From positions 1 to 35,558 of the forward strand of contig CAMCYV010000003.1 in the NCBI GenBank assembly GCA_945885645.1: a stretch of DNA of 35,558 nt, written 5' to 3'. Shown here piece by piece: positions 28,036-35,466 of this stretch; positions within the stretch are counted from its first letter, which is position 1, and each line of letters starts with the position of its first letter. Source of the DNA: Bifidobacterium breve (GTDB taxonomy: Bacteria; Actinomycetota; Actinomycetes; S36-B12). A program made the translations under genes and the position numbers. A model generated the notes under the pieces. That model saw nothing but the letters and a program-made list of their open reading frames with translations, was not told where the DNA came from and did no database searches.

Positions 28036-29543
28036 TTTAAGCCTCCAAATTGTTGGGAGATTGATCCTGGTTGCCACAATCCATCTTGGGCAAGCACCTG
28101 TTCAATTCCGTGCATAACGGAAAGTACCCCTAGATCAGATCCGCGGCGACCCATAACCTGCAATCCGATCGGGAATCCGTCTTGGAGTCCGCACGGCAAG
28201 CTACCTGCTGGCGTTCCGGCAATGTTTGCCGCCATCGGGAAACGGGTATGCGCCGTTGCCAGTGGTTGCGTTTCGGATCCGAGATCAACGGGTGTGAAAG
28301 TGTCAGATCCCAATGGTGGAGGCAAACACGGCAAGGTGGGCGTAAGCAGAATCGGGGTCGATGCAAATAGGTTGTCAAACCATTGTGCAAGTTGCACTCG
28401 CACCCGTAGAGCCTGAAGGTGATCCGCGGCGGACACTTTTGCTCCCGCTTCCAATAATTCGGAGACTTGTGGATCAAAAAGTTCCGGGTGTTTCATGCGA
28501 TCTCGATGAAACGCAGCAGACTCAGCCATCATCAAAATAAACCCAACAGCTTCTAATAAGTCCGGGTCTGGCCAGGGAACATCGATGACGTCAACACCAC
28601 GTTTTTGAAGTGCTCCGATCGTTGCCTCGAATGCTGTTCGCACCGAAGGGTGCATGGGCTCTAAGACCTGACGAGGAATGCCAATGGTGGCAGGAAGTCC
28701 GGCTACCAATGGTGTCGCTGGATTCGGTAATGCAGCAATAACCCTATGCATGATCGCGACATCGGACACGTTTCGTGCCATTGCACCGACGTGATCGAGT
28801 GACCAAGCAAGCACCGCAACACCATCAGTGGGGACACTTCCGTGGGAACCCATGAATCCAACGGCACCGCAGTACGAAGCGGGAATGCGGACTGAACCCG
28901 CAGTGTCAGTACCAATTGCACCGGGCACCATGCCCGCACCCAGCACTGCACCGGATCCACCTGAAGACCCTCCCGGTATTCGATCCAATTGCCACGGGTT
29001 TCGAGTTGGAGGTGTCGTACCGCCAAATGCATATTCGTGCGTTGTAGTTTTGCCAATGATGATCGCGCCAGCATCACGCAATCGAGCTATCGCGGGTGCA
29101 TCGTTGTCAACCGCGTCTGGTAAACCATGTCCGGATCCGCATAGTGTGGGCATACCATCAACGTCAACTAAGTCTTTAACGCCAATAGGGATTCCCATTA
29201 GTGGTTTGTTTGCGTTGTTGCCTGCTAGAAGTTTGTCGCACTGTTCGGCTTGCTCAACGACGTTAGGTGCGATCGTGACCCAGCCAAGAACAAGTGGATC
29301 ACGCTGATCGATTCGCTCGATGAGATCACGGACAAGTTCCTGTGCCGTGAGTGAGTCACCTGCGTATGCGGCACGTAATTGAGTAATCGACGAATCAGCT
29401 GGAGCTACTTGCTCACTGGGCTGCGCACTAACAGCAATGGGAGTCCCAACTTCATGCTGAGCAAAAGCCGCTAATCCTGGTTGAATTGAATCCTCAACGG
29501 GGATCGTATTTACCAGCTCCGTGAATTGATCGAGGATGCTCAT
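28032..29543 (-). CDS. Amidase-signature family amidase
   Basis: Motifs GIPIGVKD (Lys), GKTTTHEYA, PGGSSGGS and GTDTAGSVRIPAS (Ser-cisSer-Lys triad), PIGLQV. ATG 29543 overlaps the upstream stop. Confidence 0.94.
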   Translation of the reverse strand: MSILDQFTELVNTIPVEDSIQPGLAAFAQHEVGTPIAVSAQPSEQVAPADSSITQLRAAYAGDSLTAQELVRDLIERIDQRDPLVLGWVTIAPNVVEQAEQCDKLLAGNNANKPLMGIPIGVKDLVDVDGMPTLCGSGHGLPDAVDNDAPAIARLRDAGAIIIGKTTTHEYAFGGTTPPTRNPWQLDRIPGGSSGGSGAVLGAGMVPGAIGTDTAGSVRIPASYCGAVGFMGSHGSVPTDGVAVLAWSLDHVGAMARNVSDVAIMHRVIAALPNPATPLVAGLPATIGIPRQVLEPMHPSVRTAFEATIGALQKRGVDVIDVPWPDPDLLEAVGFILMMAESAAFHRDRMKHPELFDPQVSELLEAGAKVSAADHLQALRVRVQLAQWFDNLFASTPILLTPTLPCLPPPLGSDTFTPVDLGSETQPLATAHTRFPMAANIAGTPAGSLPCGLQDGFPIGLQVMGRRGSDLGVLSVMHGIEQVLAQDGLWQPGSISQQFGGLK

Positions 29544-30094
29544 GGGCTTGGCCATTGATAGCGGATGATTCCCGAATCGGATTGTGCTTCAGATTCTGAT
29601 GACTGCAGGTTATGACGCCACCGCCGATTGGTCACATCGACTTCATCGAATGCTCCGATTGATCCAATTGGTTCGATTGGGTTGATTGGGTTGTCTCCTT
29701 GCCACGGTTCACACGATGGCTTGCTCAAAGGTTCTCCCCCAGAAGTCCACCGAGGAGCACCGCCAAACCATGCCACTGCGAGAGCCCCGTGCGGGGTAAA
29801 CGTCTCTCTGCGGGTGATGCCTCCCGGCACGATGAACCCTTTCGTGGACGTCCAGGCCTGATCATCGAGAATTATTTCTCCTTCGAGGACAACAGCATGC
29901 TCAGCACAAGAGTATGTGCCAGTGCCTCGTTTCCACCCCACGGGAAACTGCACTAACAGACAACTAGCCCGCGAGTCAGGATCGGCGTGAAGGAGGTAGG
30001 TGTGAAGCGGCAGATTGGCATCAAGCACCGGGGTTTCCGCCAGTTTAGCGACCAATTCCTCCAGACTCGTCCACGAATCTCCTGGAGCATTCAT
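29540..30094 (-). CDS. Cupin-like hypothetical protein
   Basis: LLVQFPVGW, AEHAVVLEGEI, FIVPGG and GALAVAWF resemble ChrR/DUF4437 cupins. Leaderless TATACT -10; coupled to the amidase. Confidence 0.7.
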   Translation of the reverse strand: MNAPGDSWTSLEELVAKLAETPVLDANLPLHTYLLHADPDSRASCLLVQFPVGWKRGTGTYSCAEHAVVLEGEIILDDQAWTSTKGFIVPGGITRRETFTPHGALAVAWFGGAPRWTSGGEPLSKPSCEPWQGDNPINPIEPIGSIGAFDEVDVTNRRWRHNLQSSESEAQSDSGIIRYQWPSP

Positions 30095-30105
30095 CCTGCA
30101 AGTAT

Positions 30106-30120
30106 AAACGTCAGATATTT
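30106..30120. promoter_or_regulatory. Candidate FadR-type operator D (AAACGTCAGATATTT), abutting the TATACT -10 of the 30094 gene
   Basis: Motif copy in the divergent 30095-30183 region. Confidence 0.72.
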
Positions 30121-30183
30121 AATTTTATTGCGTTTTTACTCAAAGGCGACCTTCTTTGTTGCCCTCCAAACTAAACTCTGACG

Positions 30184-31188
30184 ATGCTGTGTCCGCCGCA
30201 ATGGTGTGATCCATTCCCCGGGCTGGCGCCAACCCGGCAGCGAGTCGAACAAATGCTGGGGCGAAAACTCGGATATGAAAATGAGGTCATTGCGACCTTG
30301 CCTCCATCAATGGGGCAAGCAACCTGGTCAAATATTGCCGCTAACGCGGTGATTGCAGGTTGTGCTCCCTCTGACTTTATGGCCGTCGTTGCTGCAGTGA
30401 GAGCTGTCGCACAGCCTCGTTTTTTACTCGACCAGGTGATCACCACCGTGCATGGGCTCTGGCCCATGGTTTTTCTCTCCGGTGAACCTGCTTTGGGCCC
30501 AGACCGAGACTGGGCTCGAGAAGGAGATGCCCTGTCCGGAAGCACTGGATCAGCAGCCCGCATCGCCAGGGCGCTTTCCCTCGTTCTGCGCAATATTGCG
30601 GGCGGGTCGCCCGAGACTTTTGACGCTTCCACCATGGGCCGACCCGGAAAATTAATGTTTGGATTTGCCGAAAACACCACCATGTCACCGTGGGAACCCT
30701 GGCAAGTTCGCGCTGGCTGGGCATCCGGTGATTGCATCGCGGCCACCTACGCCGCAGACTCAACTTTGTGCATTGCCGACATGGGTCACGACGATCCTGA
30801 CATTCTGTTGTCAACCATCACCGACAGCATTTCAATTCCCGGGACCTATAACGCATTTTTCCGAAAGGATCTATGGCTGCTCATGTCACCCACTCATGCT
30901 TGGATTTTTGCGGAAGCGGGATGGAGCATTGCTGACATCGCACAGGCAATCTCAGAACGAGCAACTCAACCTTATGGTCGATTGCGCGGTCGCGGACTTT
31001 TTGGATTTATCGATACGCATCAAGCACCCACGTGGTTGCGTCCAGAGCCAGGCAATACTGACTTAATCAGCATTGTCGATGACCCACGGCGCGTTCAGAT
31101 CGCTGTTGTTGGGGCGCCCACCGGTGGCTACACAACTGCAGTTTTTGGCAGTGGTGTGACTACAACGGAAAAAATCGAACATGAATAA
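30184..31188 (+). CDS. Conserved hypothetical protein, usual partner of UGSC-family (seleno)proteins
   Basis: W.D..P..PT..RV..ML, IAANAVIAGC.P, ARIARAL.L.LRNI.G, D.STMG.PGK, AE...SPW.P and H...A.AGWS. I recognise these from that uncharacterised family. Leaderless TAAACT -10. Confidence 0.75.
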   Translation: MLCPPQWCDPFPGLAPTRQRVEQMLGRKLGYENEVIATLPPSMGQATWSNIAANAVIAGCAPSDFMAVVAAVRAVAQPRFLLDQVITTVHGLWPMVFLSGEPALGPDRDWAREGDALSGSTGSAARIARALSLVLRNIAGGSPETFDASTMGRPGKLMFGFAENTTMSPWEPWQVRAGWASGDCIAATYAADSTLCIADMGHDDPDILLSTITDSISIPGTYNAFFRKDLWLLMSPTHAWIFAEAGWSIADIAQAISERATQPYGRLRGRGLFGFIDTHQAPTWLRPEPGNTDLISIVDDPRRVQIAVVGAPTGGYTTAVFGSGVTTTEKIEHE

Positions 31189-31741
31189 TCACACTGATCT
31201 GATTTCCCCGATGGCTGCTGGTCAATCTCCACGGCGTAGCGCCCCACATCTACGCGAGCTTTTCGGTGAAATTGTGCTCAGCGACAGCATGCTCAACATC
31301 AACGCAGGGTGGGGTGCATTGATTCTCGATTCTATCGAGGCCGCAATTTTTGAATCAATCTCAGGTTCTACTTCACCTGTCGGTGTGTCCATTACGCGAA
31401 TTAGCCGGCCGCAAATTGGCGAGCACCGCCCGCACGAATGGATCGATCACCTTGTTGCCGATAACGTGGCAGCTGTTGTTGTCACTGCTGGGGACTGTGC
31501 GACGTGCACCTCCCGCGCACTGCGAGAATGCATCCTCGCTGAGGAGGCAGGAATCCCAGCGACCGCTGTTGTTCCTCAAGGGTTAAGCGAGATTATTCAC
31601 GCAACACTTCGGTCATGGGGAAGACCAGATCTCCGCATTGCCACTTTTGAAACACCACTTTTCGCACTTAAGCGTGACGACTTTCCCGAAGTGATGCAGT
31701 CAACGGCGACCGCTGTTATTTCAATCTTGACCTCACCCTGA
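31181..31741 (+). CDS. UGSC-family protein, Cys version (GDCATCT)
   Basis: AVVVTAGDCATCTS....C..AEEAGIP..V matches GD(U/C)GSCT...E..GIP. It overlaps the partner gene by 8 nt and has TGT rather than TGA at 31496. Confidence 0.72.
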   Translation: MNNHTDLISPMAAGQSPRRSAPHLRELFGEIVLSDSMLNINAGWGALILDSIEAAIFESISGSTSPVGVSITRISRPQIGEHRPHEWIDHLVADNVAAVVVTAGDCATCTSRALRECILAEEAGIPATAVVPQGLSEIIHATLRSWGRPDLRIATFETPLFALKRDDFPEVMQSTATAVISILTSP

Positions 31742-31743
31742 AT

Positions 31744-32775
31744 TTAACTTCCGGTGAGCTCTGCAATCATTTTAAGAATCTGGGTTTGACTTGCGCGAGT
31801 ATCTTCAGCAGAAAGCCCGTGTGTTGGGGGAGTGATCTTGATTGTGGTTGCAGAACCCTCATAGGCCGCGATTCTCTCCATCGCCTGATCGGGAGTGCCC
31901 GCCACGGTCAGTGCATCGACCATGTGATCAGGGACATAATCGCCGAGATAATCCGCACCGATGCCACTCCGGAATGCTTCAATAACGGTTGCTTGTTCCT
32001 TGGCCAGCCCGTGGAAATCAAAGAAGTCTTCATAGGTCTTGACCGACGCATAAAAACCAACTGTTCCCGCTGCCCAGCGGCGTGCTCGAGCACCATCGGA
32101 GTCAACGGCACATAGTGCAGAGACAACAACATCGACGCGATCTTTGGGACGTTCTGCGCGTTCCATGCCTTCGTGTAACCACGGGACGAGTTGTTCGTCC
32201 AGATAGCGTGGACTGCAGAGTTCATGGCTAATCCAGCCATCACCGATTTCGCCGACCATTTTGGTCATTGCTGGGCCCATGGCGCCTAGATAGATCGGAA
32301 TTGTGGTTCGAGCTTGAACAAATGGACGCTCATAACCGCGGATGTGCATCGGCTCATACTCGCCAGGGAGATCAATGGTCTCGCCGGTTCGGGCCGACGC
32401 GATGAAGGCCCTGATGTTGCGCACAGTTTCCCGCATGTGACCTACTGGCTTACCCCAACGCGCGTTGTGCCATAACTCATTAAGTCGTTGTACTCCTGAA
32501 CCAAGACCAAGAATAAAACGGCCCTGGGTCATTTCATCTAGATCCATAGCTTCCAGAGCCGTAACCATTGGGCTTCGAGTAAATGCGAGGACGATCGCTG
32601 TTCCCACGGTGGCCTGGTCGGTCGCCGCAGCAATAGCCGCCGCCGAAATAGTGGCGCTGCGATGTAGTTCGGGTACCCAGAGAACTTCGGCACCCGCAGC
32701 CTCCGCCGCCTGTGCAGCCGAGACCATTTCGTCCATCGTCTCGCCCCACGGGCCGTAAGTGATTTTCAGGTTCAT
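31744..32775 (-). CDS. LLM-class (luciferase-like) flavin- or F420-dependent oxidoreductase
   Basis: Motifs LWVPE, VGTAI.LAFTRSP, GRFILGLGSG, IPIYLGAMGP.M..MVGEIGDG, FYA....Y and VAGTP. Confidence 0.92.
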   Translation of the reverse strand: MNLKITYGPWGETMDEMVSAAQAAEAAGAEVLWVPELHRSATISAAAIAAATDQATVGTAIVLAFTRSPMVTALEAMDLDEMTQGRFILGLGSGVQRLNELWHNARWGKPVGHMRETVRNIRAFIASARTGETIDLPGEYEPMHIRGYERPFVQARTTIPIYLGAMGPAMTKMVGEIGDGWISHELCSPRYLDEQLVPWLHEGMERAERPKDRVDVVVSALCAVDSDGARARRWAAGTVGFYASVKTYEDFFDFHGLAKEQATVIEAFRSGIGADYLGDYVPDHMVDALTVAGTPDQAMERIAAYEGSATTIKITPPTHGLSAEDTRASQTQILKMIAELTGS

Positions 32776-32824
32776 GGGATCTCTCTTTCGGGGCGTTTAA
32801 GGTCGCCGGACAATACCCACAATA

Positions 32825-32839
32825 AAACGTCTGAGGTTT
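32825..32839. promoter_or_regulatory. Candidate FadR-type operator E (AAACGTCTGAGGTTT)
   Basis: Shares 14 of 15 bases with operator A. It abuts a minus-strand TATTGT -10 (32824..32819) upstream of the LLM gene. Confidence 0.72.
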
Positions 32840-32843
32840 CCTG

Positions 32844-33767
32844 TCAACGTAGTTCGAGAATTACGCCGCTTGCTAAAACTGCTGTTGCAACAGACCCTCG
32901 CGTTGTCGGTATGGGATCAGAAACAACTACACCAAAAGTACGAAGGGCACCGATCGCTTCATCCAGGTCTGCGAAGGGCATAGGCGCGATCACGTGCGGA
33001 ATATCCGAGCTGAGCGTCGATCCACCGACGCTCTCCAATAACTCAAAACGTGCACTGCGCCGGCTTGGGCCACGCATGAGCACCATCTGAAATGCACTGT
33101 CCGGTGGCAAATCGAGTAATCTCTCAACTTCTGGGCCTGAGAATGTTTCATCCATGGCAATGTCAGCACCAAGACCCTCAACCATCGCGGCGCGAGGGGC
33201 ATCGACGGAGTCGACTACGACGACGAGCGCAATCATCTCACTGGTTTCTTCGGAGTCATCAACTCCCAGTACGCATCTATGTTGGCCCGGGATGTACTCG
33301 ACCAGTGCATGAAGCAGGCCCTGGGGCCCCTCCAACATCACCTCGGTGACTTCAAAATCTTGACCAAAGAGTGGGTACTTCTGAGGCTCAGATCGAAATG
33401 TCCAGCCAAGATCCTTGATCCGCTTCACGGTGGTCTGCATGTTTCGGACATAAAAGTCCCATGCGTATGGTCCCGGCTGATTGGGCAATCGCCCGCCATG
33501 AACGACGGGTAATTCCGGGACACTCACTATCCGAATTCCACCACCGTGCGCCCGCGGTTTTCCCAATTCGACAACTTGCAGATCTGGTCCGTTGGGAAGT
33601 TTCCACACCTGCCGCCACGGCTTCGCCGGCCACACCGATTCCGAAATCACTTCAAATCCCAGACCGTCCCGATAGAGAGCGACCGCTTCAGCGGCCGCAG
33701 GCGTGCACAATGTGACGGGATCGATACCATCGAAGACCGGATTTATAGGATTTGCTTTCTCACTCAC
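32844..33767 (-). CDS. VOC (glyoxalase/bleomycin resistance) superfamily protein, two-domain
   Basis: VT.....A.ALYRDGLGFEV, FYVRNM, GWTFRSEP and .GP.G....LVE, with a second repeat VVVVD.......GLG. Leaderless TAGTGT -10. Confidence 0.75.
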   Translation of the reverse strand: MSEKANPINPVFDGIDPVTLCTPAAAEAVALYRDGLGFEVISESVWPAKPWRQVWKLPNGPDLQVVELGKPRAHGGGIRIVSVPELPVVHGGRLPNQPGPYAWDFYVRNMQTTVKRIKDLGWTFRSEPQKYPLFGQDFEVTEVMLEGPQGLLHALVEYIPGQHRCVLGVDDSEETSEMIALVVVVDSVDAPRAAMVEGLGADIAMDETFSGPEVERLLDLPPDSAFQMVLMRGPSRRSARFELLESVGGSTLSSDIPHVIAPMPFADLDEAIGALRTFGVVVSDPIPTTRGSVATAVLASGVILELR

Positions 33768-33827
33768 GGCCTAAACACTACATTAGGAACATAAACACAG
33801 ACCCTTAACTTCTGAATGGAGAAAGAC

Positions 33828-34466
33828 ATGGCGCTCACCTTTAACCCTTCGAACCCCACGGCCCTGGTGGTAATTGATATGCAAAACGGCTTCTGCGATC
33901 AGAAGGGCTCTGTCGCGCAGATTGGGCTTGACATCAGTATGTGTGAAGCAGCAATTCCCAATTGCGAACGTCTTGTCGAGGCGGCGCATAAGGCTGGCGT
34001 TCAAGTGATTTACACGCGTTTCGTTTACCGAAGCGACTACACGGACGGTGGCGTAGTTGTTCAACACTTGATTCCAGCACTTGCCGAAGTGAATTCACTT
34101 GCCGAAGGAAGTTGGGATGCGGATATCATCCCAAGTCTGGTTCCCGAACCCCAAGACATCATCATCGATAAAAATCGTTACAGCGCCTTCTATGGGACTC
34201 GGTTGGAGACGTATCTCACCAGCATGGGCATACATCAACTTGTGTTGTGCGGTGTTACCACCAACATGTGCGTTGAAACAACAGCCCGTGATGCAAGTGC
34301 TCGCGACTACCACACTTTCATTGCCGGAGATGCATGCGGAGAACTCGAGCGCCACCGCCATGACGTCGCATTGCAAACACTCGGATTTGGATTTGGCGCG
34401 GTAACCACCACAGACGACATTATTAATGCATGGTCTGCGAAGAAATCAGTCGGCGCAGCCAAATAG
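33828..34466 (+). CDS. Isochorismatase-family cysteine hydrolase (RutB-like amidohydrolase)
   Basis: Asp-Lys-Cys triad in ALVVIDMQNGF, DKNRYSAF and GVTTNMCVETTARDA. ATG 33828 has a GGAGAAAG RBS. Confidence 0.92.
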   Translation: MALTFNPSNPTALVVIDMQNGFCDQKGSVAQIGLDISMCEAAIPNCERLVEAAHKAGVQVIYTRFVYRSDYTDGGVVVQHLIPALAEVNSLAEGSWDADIIPSLVPEPQDIIIDKNRYSAFYGTRLETYLTSMGIHQLVLCGVTTNMCVETTARDASARDYHTFIAGDACGELERHRHDVALQTLGFGFGAVTTTDDIINAWSAKKSVGAAK

Positions 34467-34476
34467 CGAGCCAACG

Positions 34477-34535
34477 AACTCGCACCTGCACAGGGGACAT
34501 ACCTAGATGTCCACTCCCCTGTACAGGTGCGAGTT
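34477..34535. terminator. Long inverted repeat, likely a bidirectional terminator between convergent genes
   Basis: 21-bp arms AACTCGCACCTG(C/T)ACAGGGGA with one mismatch (34477-34497 and 34515-34535), followed by GTTTTGTTG on the + strand. Confidence 0.75.
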
Positions 34536-34556
34536 GTTTTGTTGTAAGTACTTACG

Positions 34557-35090
34557 TTAGGCCTGCCACTTCGGATCTATTGGCTCGGGTCGTGGAGTAC
34601 TCAGCAGGGCTGAATCTCGCTTGTGCACCATAAATGTGCGCTTGAATGAGCAAACTTCATTACCGTGTTGGTTCAGGGTACGAGTTCGGACCGTAACAAC
34701 ACCTGCGTGAGGTCGCGATGATGATTCACGCTTTTCCAAGACCAATGACTCTGACCAAATAGTGTCATCGGCGTAAACCGGATGCGTCATTTTGATTTCA
34801 TCCCAACCAAGATTCGCAATCGCGTTTTGAGTGAGATCTGTGACACTCTGACCGGATGCAATCGCCAGTGTAAGTGGCGACACAACGAGGGGCTTTCCAA
34901 ACTCGGCCTGGTTGCCATACTCCACATTGAAGTGCAGTTCATTTGTATTCATCGTTAACAAGGTGAACCAAGTGTTGTCAGTCTGTGTGATGGTTCTGCC
35001 AAGTGGGTGTTTATAGATGTCACCAACTTCGAAGTCTTCGAAGAACCGACCCTTCCACCCTTCCACATTGCGAGTGTCCACGATTTTCAT
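34557..35090 (-). CDS. MaoC-family dehydratase (RipB/itaconyl-CoA hydratase-like single hotdog)
   Basis: GRFFEDFEVGDIYKH..GRTITQTDNTWFTLLTMNTNELHF, IANLGW, PVY.DDT..ES.VLEKRES.SRP..GVV. ATG 35090 has an AGGAAGGA RBS. Confidence 0.9.
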   Translation of the reverse strand: MKIVDTRNVEGWKGRFFEDFEVGDIYKHPLGRTITQTDNTWFTLLTMNTNELHFNVEYGNQAEFGKPLVVSPLTLAIASGQSVTDLTQNAIANLGWDEIKMTHPVYADDTIWSESLVLEKRESSSRPHAGVVTVRTRTLNQHGNEVCSFKRTFMVHKRDSALLSTPRPEPIDPKWQA

Positions 35091-35124
35091 TTCCTTCCTG
35101 GATCTATTCCACAACTGCAAATCA

Positions 35125-35141
35125 TTAATGTCTGACATTAA
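35125..35141. promoter_or_regulatory. Candidate FadR-type operator F (TTAATGTC-T-GACATTAA, perfect palindrome)
   Basis: Perfect 8-bp arms about 35 nt upstream of the MaoC start, with the same core as sites A-E. Confidence 0.72.
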
Positions 35142-35243
35142 CCGAATTCGGTATCTCGTGCATGGTTTTTGGCCAAGTTTGGGCACCCACACTGCAAGTC
35201 AATATGACACTGGGGTGTACTAAAGGGCTATGCGAAGTGCTAC

Positions 35244-35273
35244 AAGAAAATGGGCCCCCAGCCGGAGGCCCAT
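35244..35273 (-). terminator. Rho-independent terminator of tRNA-Tyr
   Basis: The minus strand reads ATGGGCCTCC-GGCT-GGGGGCCCAT followed by TTTCTT, about 12 nt after the tRNA 3' end. Confidence 0.75.
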
Positions 35274-35284
35274 CGCCTTACACG

Positions 35285-35366
35285 TGGCAGATAGTGGATT
35301 CGAACCACTGAAGGTAAAACCGACGGATTTACAGTCCGCTCCCATTGGCCGCTCGGGCAATCTGCC
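35285..35366 (-). tRNA. tRNA-Tyr (GTA)
   Basis: GGCAGATTGCCCGAGCGGCCAATGGGAGCGGACTGTAAATCCGTC...GGTTCGAATCCACTATCTGCCA has acceptor stem GGCAGAT/ATCTGCC, anticodon loop CTGTAAA, a long variable arm and T-loop GTTCGAATC. CCA is not encoded. Confidence 0.97.
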
Positions 35367-35466
35367 GTAATGCCTGCCAAACAATACATGTGTCGATACT
35401 CGCGGGTGCAGTTGGTTGGCACAGGCCAAGTATTCGTTAGATTGGCCTAACGGAAAGGAATAAACC

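Noticed and set aside
28032-29543. Amidase as GatA
   Set aside because: There is no gatB or gatC nearby and the context is catabolic. Only the general amidase signature is supported.
29655-29695. Short 9-nt quasi-repeats (GATTGGGTT-like) encoding NPINPIEPIGSIG
   Set aside because: This is a low-complexity coding segment, too short and degenerate for a CRISPR or VNTR call.
30171-30746. 191-aa minus-strand ORF, and the many other short overlapping ORFs in the track
   Set aside because: They are antisense or out-of-frame to recognisable genes and have no independent support.
31496-31560. Possible selenocysteine recoding or SECIS in the UGSC-like gene
   Set aside because: The codon is TGT (Cys) and the frame has no internal TGA, so no recoding is needed.
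33793-33807. Weak operator-like sequence TAAACACAGACCCTT between the VOC and cysteine hydrolase genes
   Set aside because: It lacks the TC(A/T)GA core and has too many mismatches to count as a seventh site.
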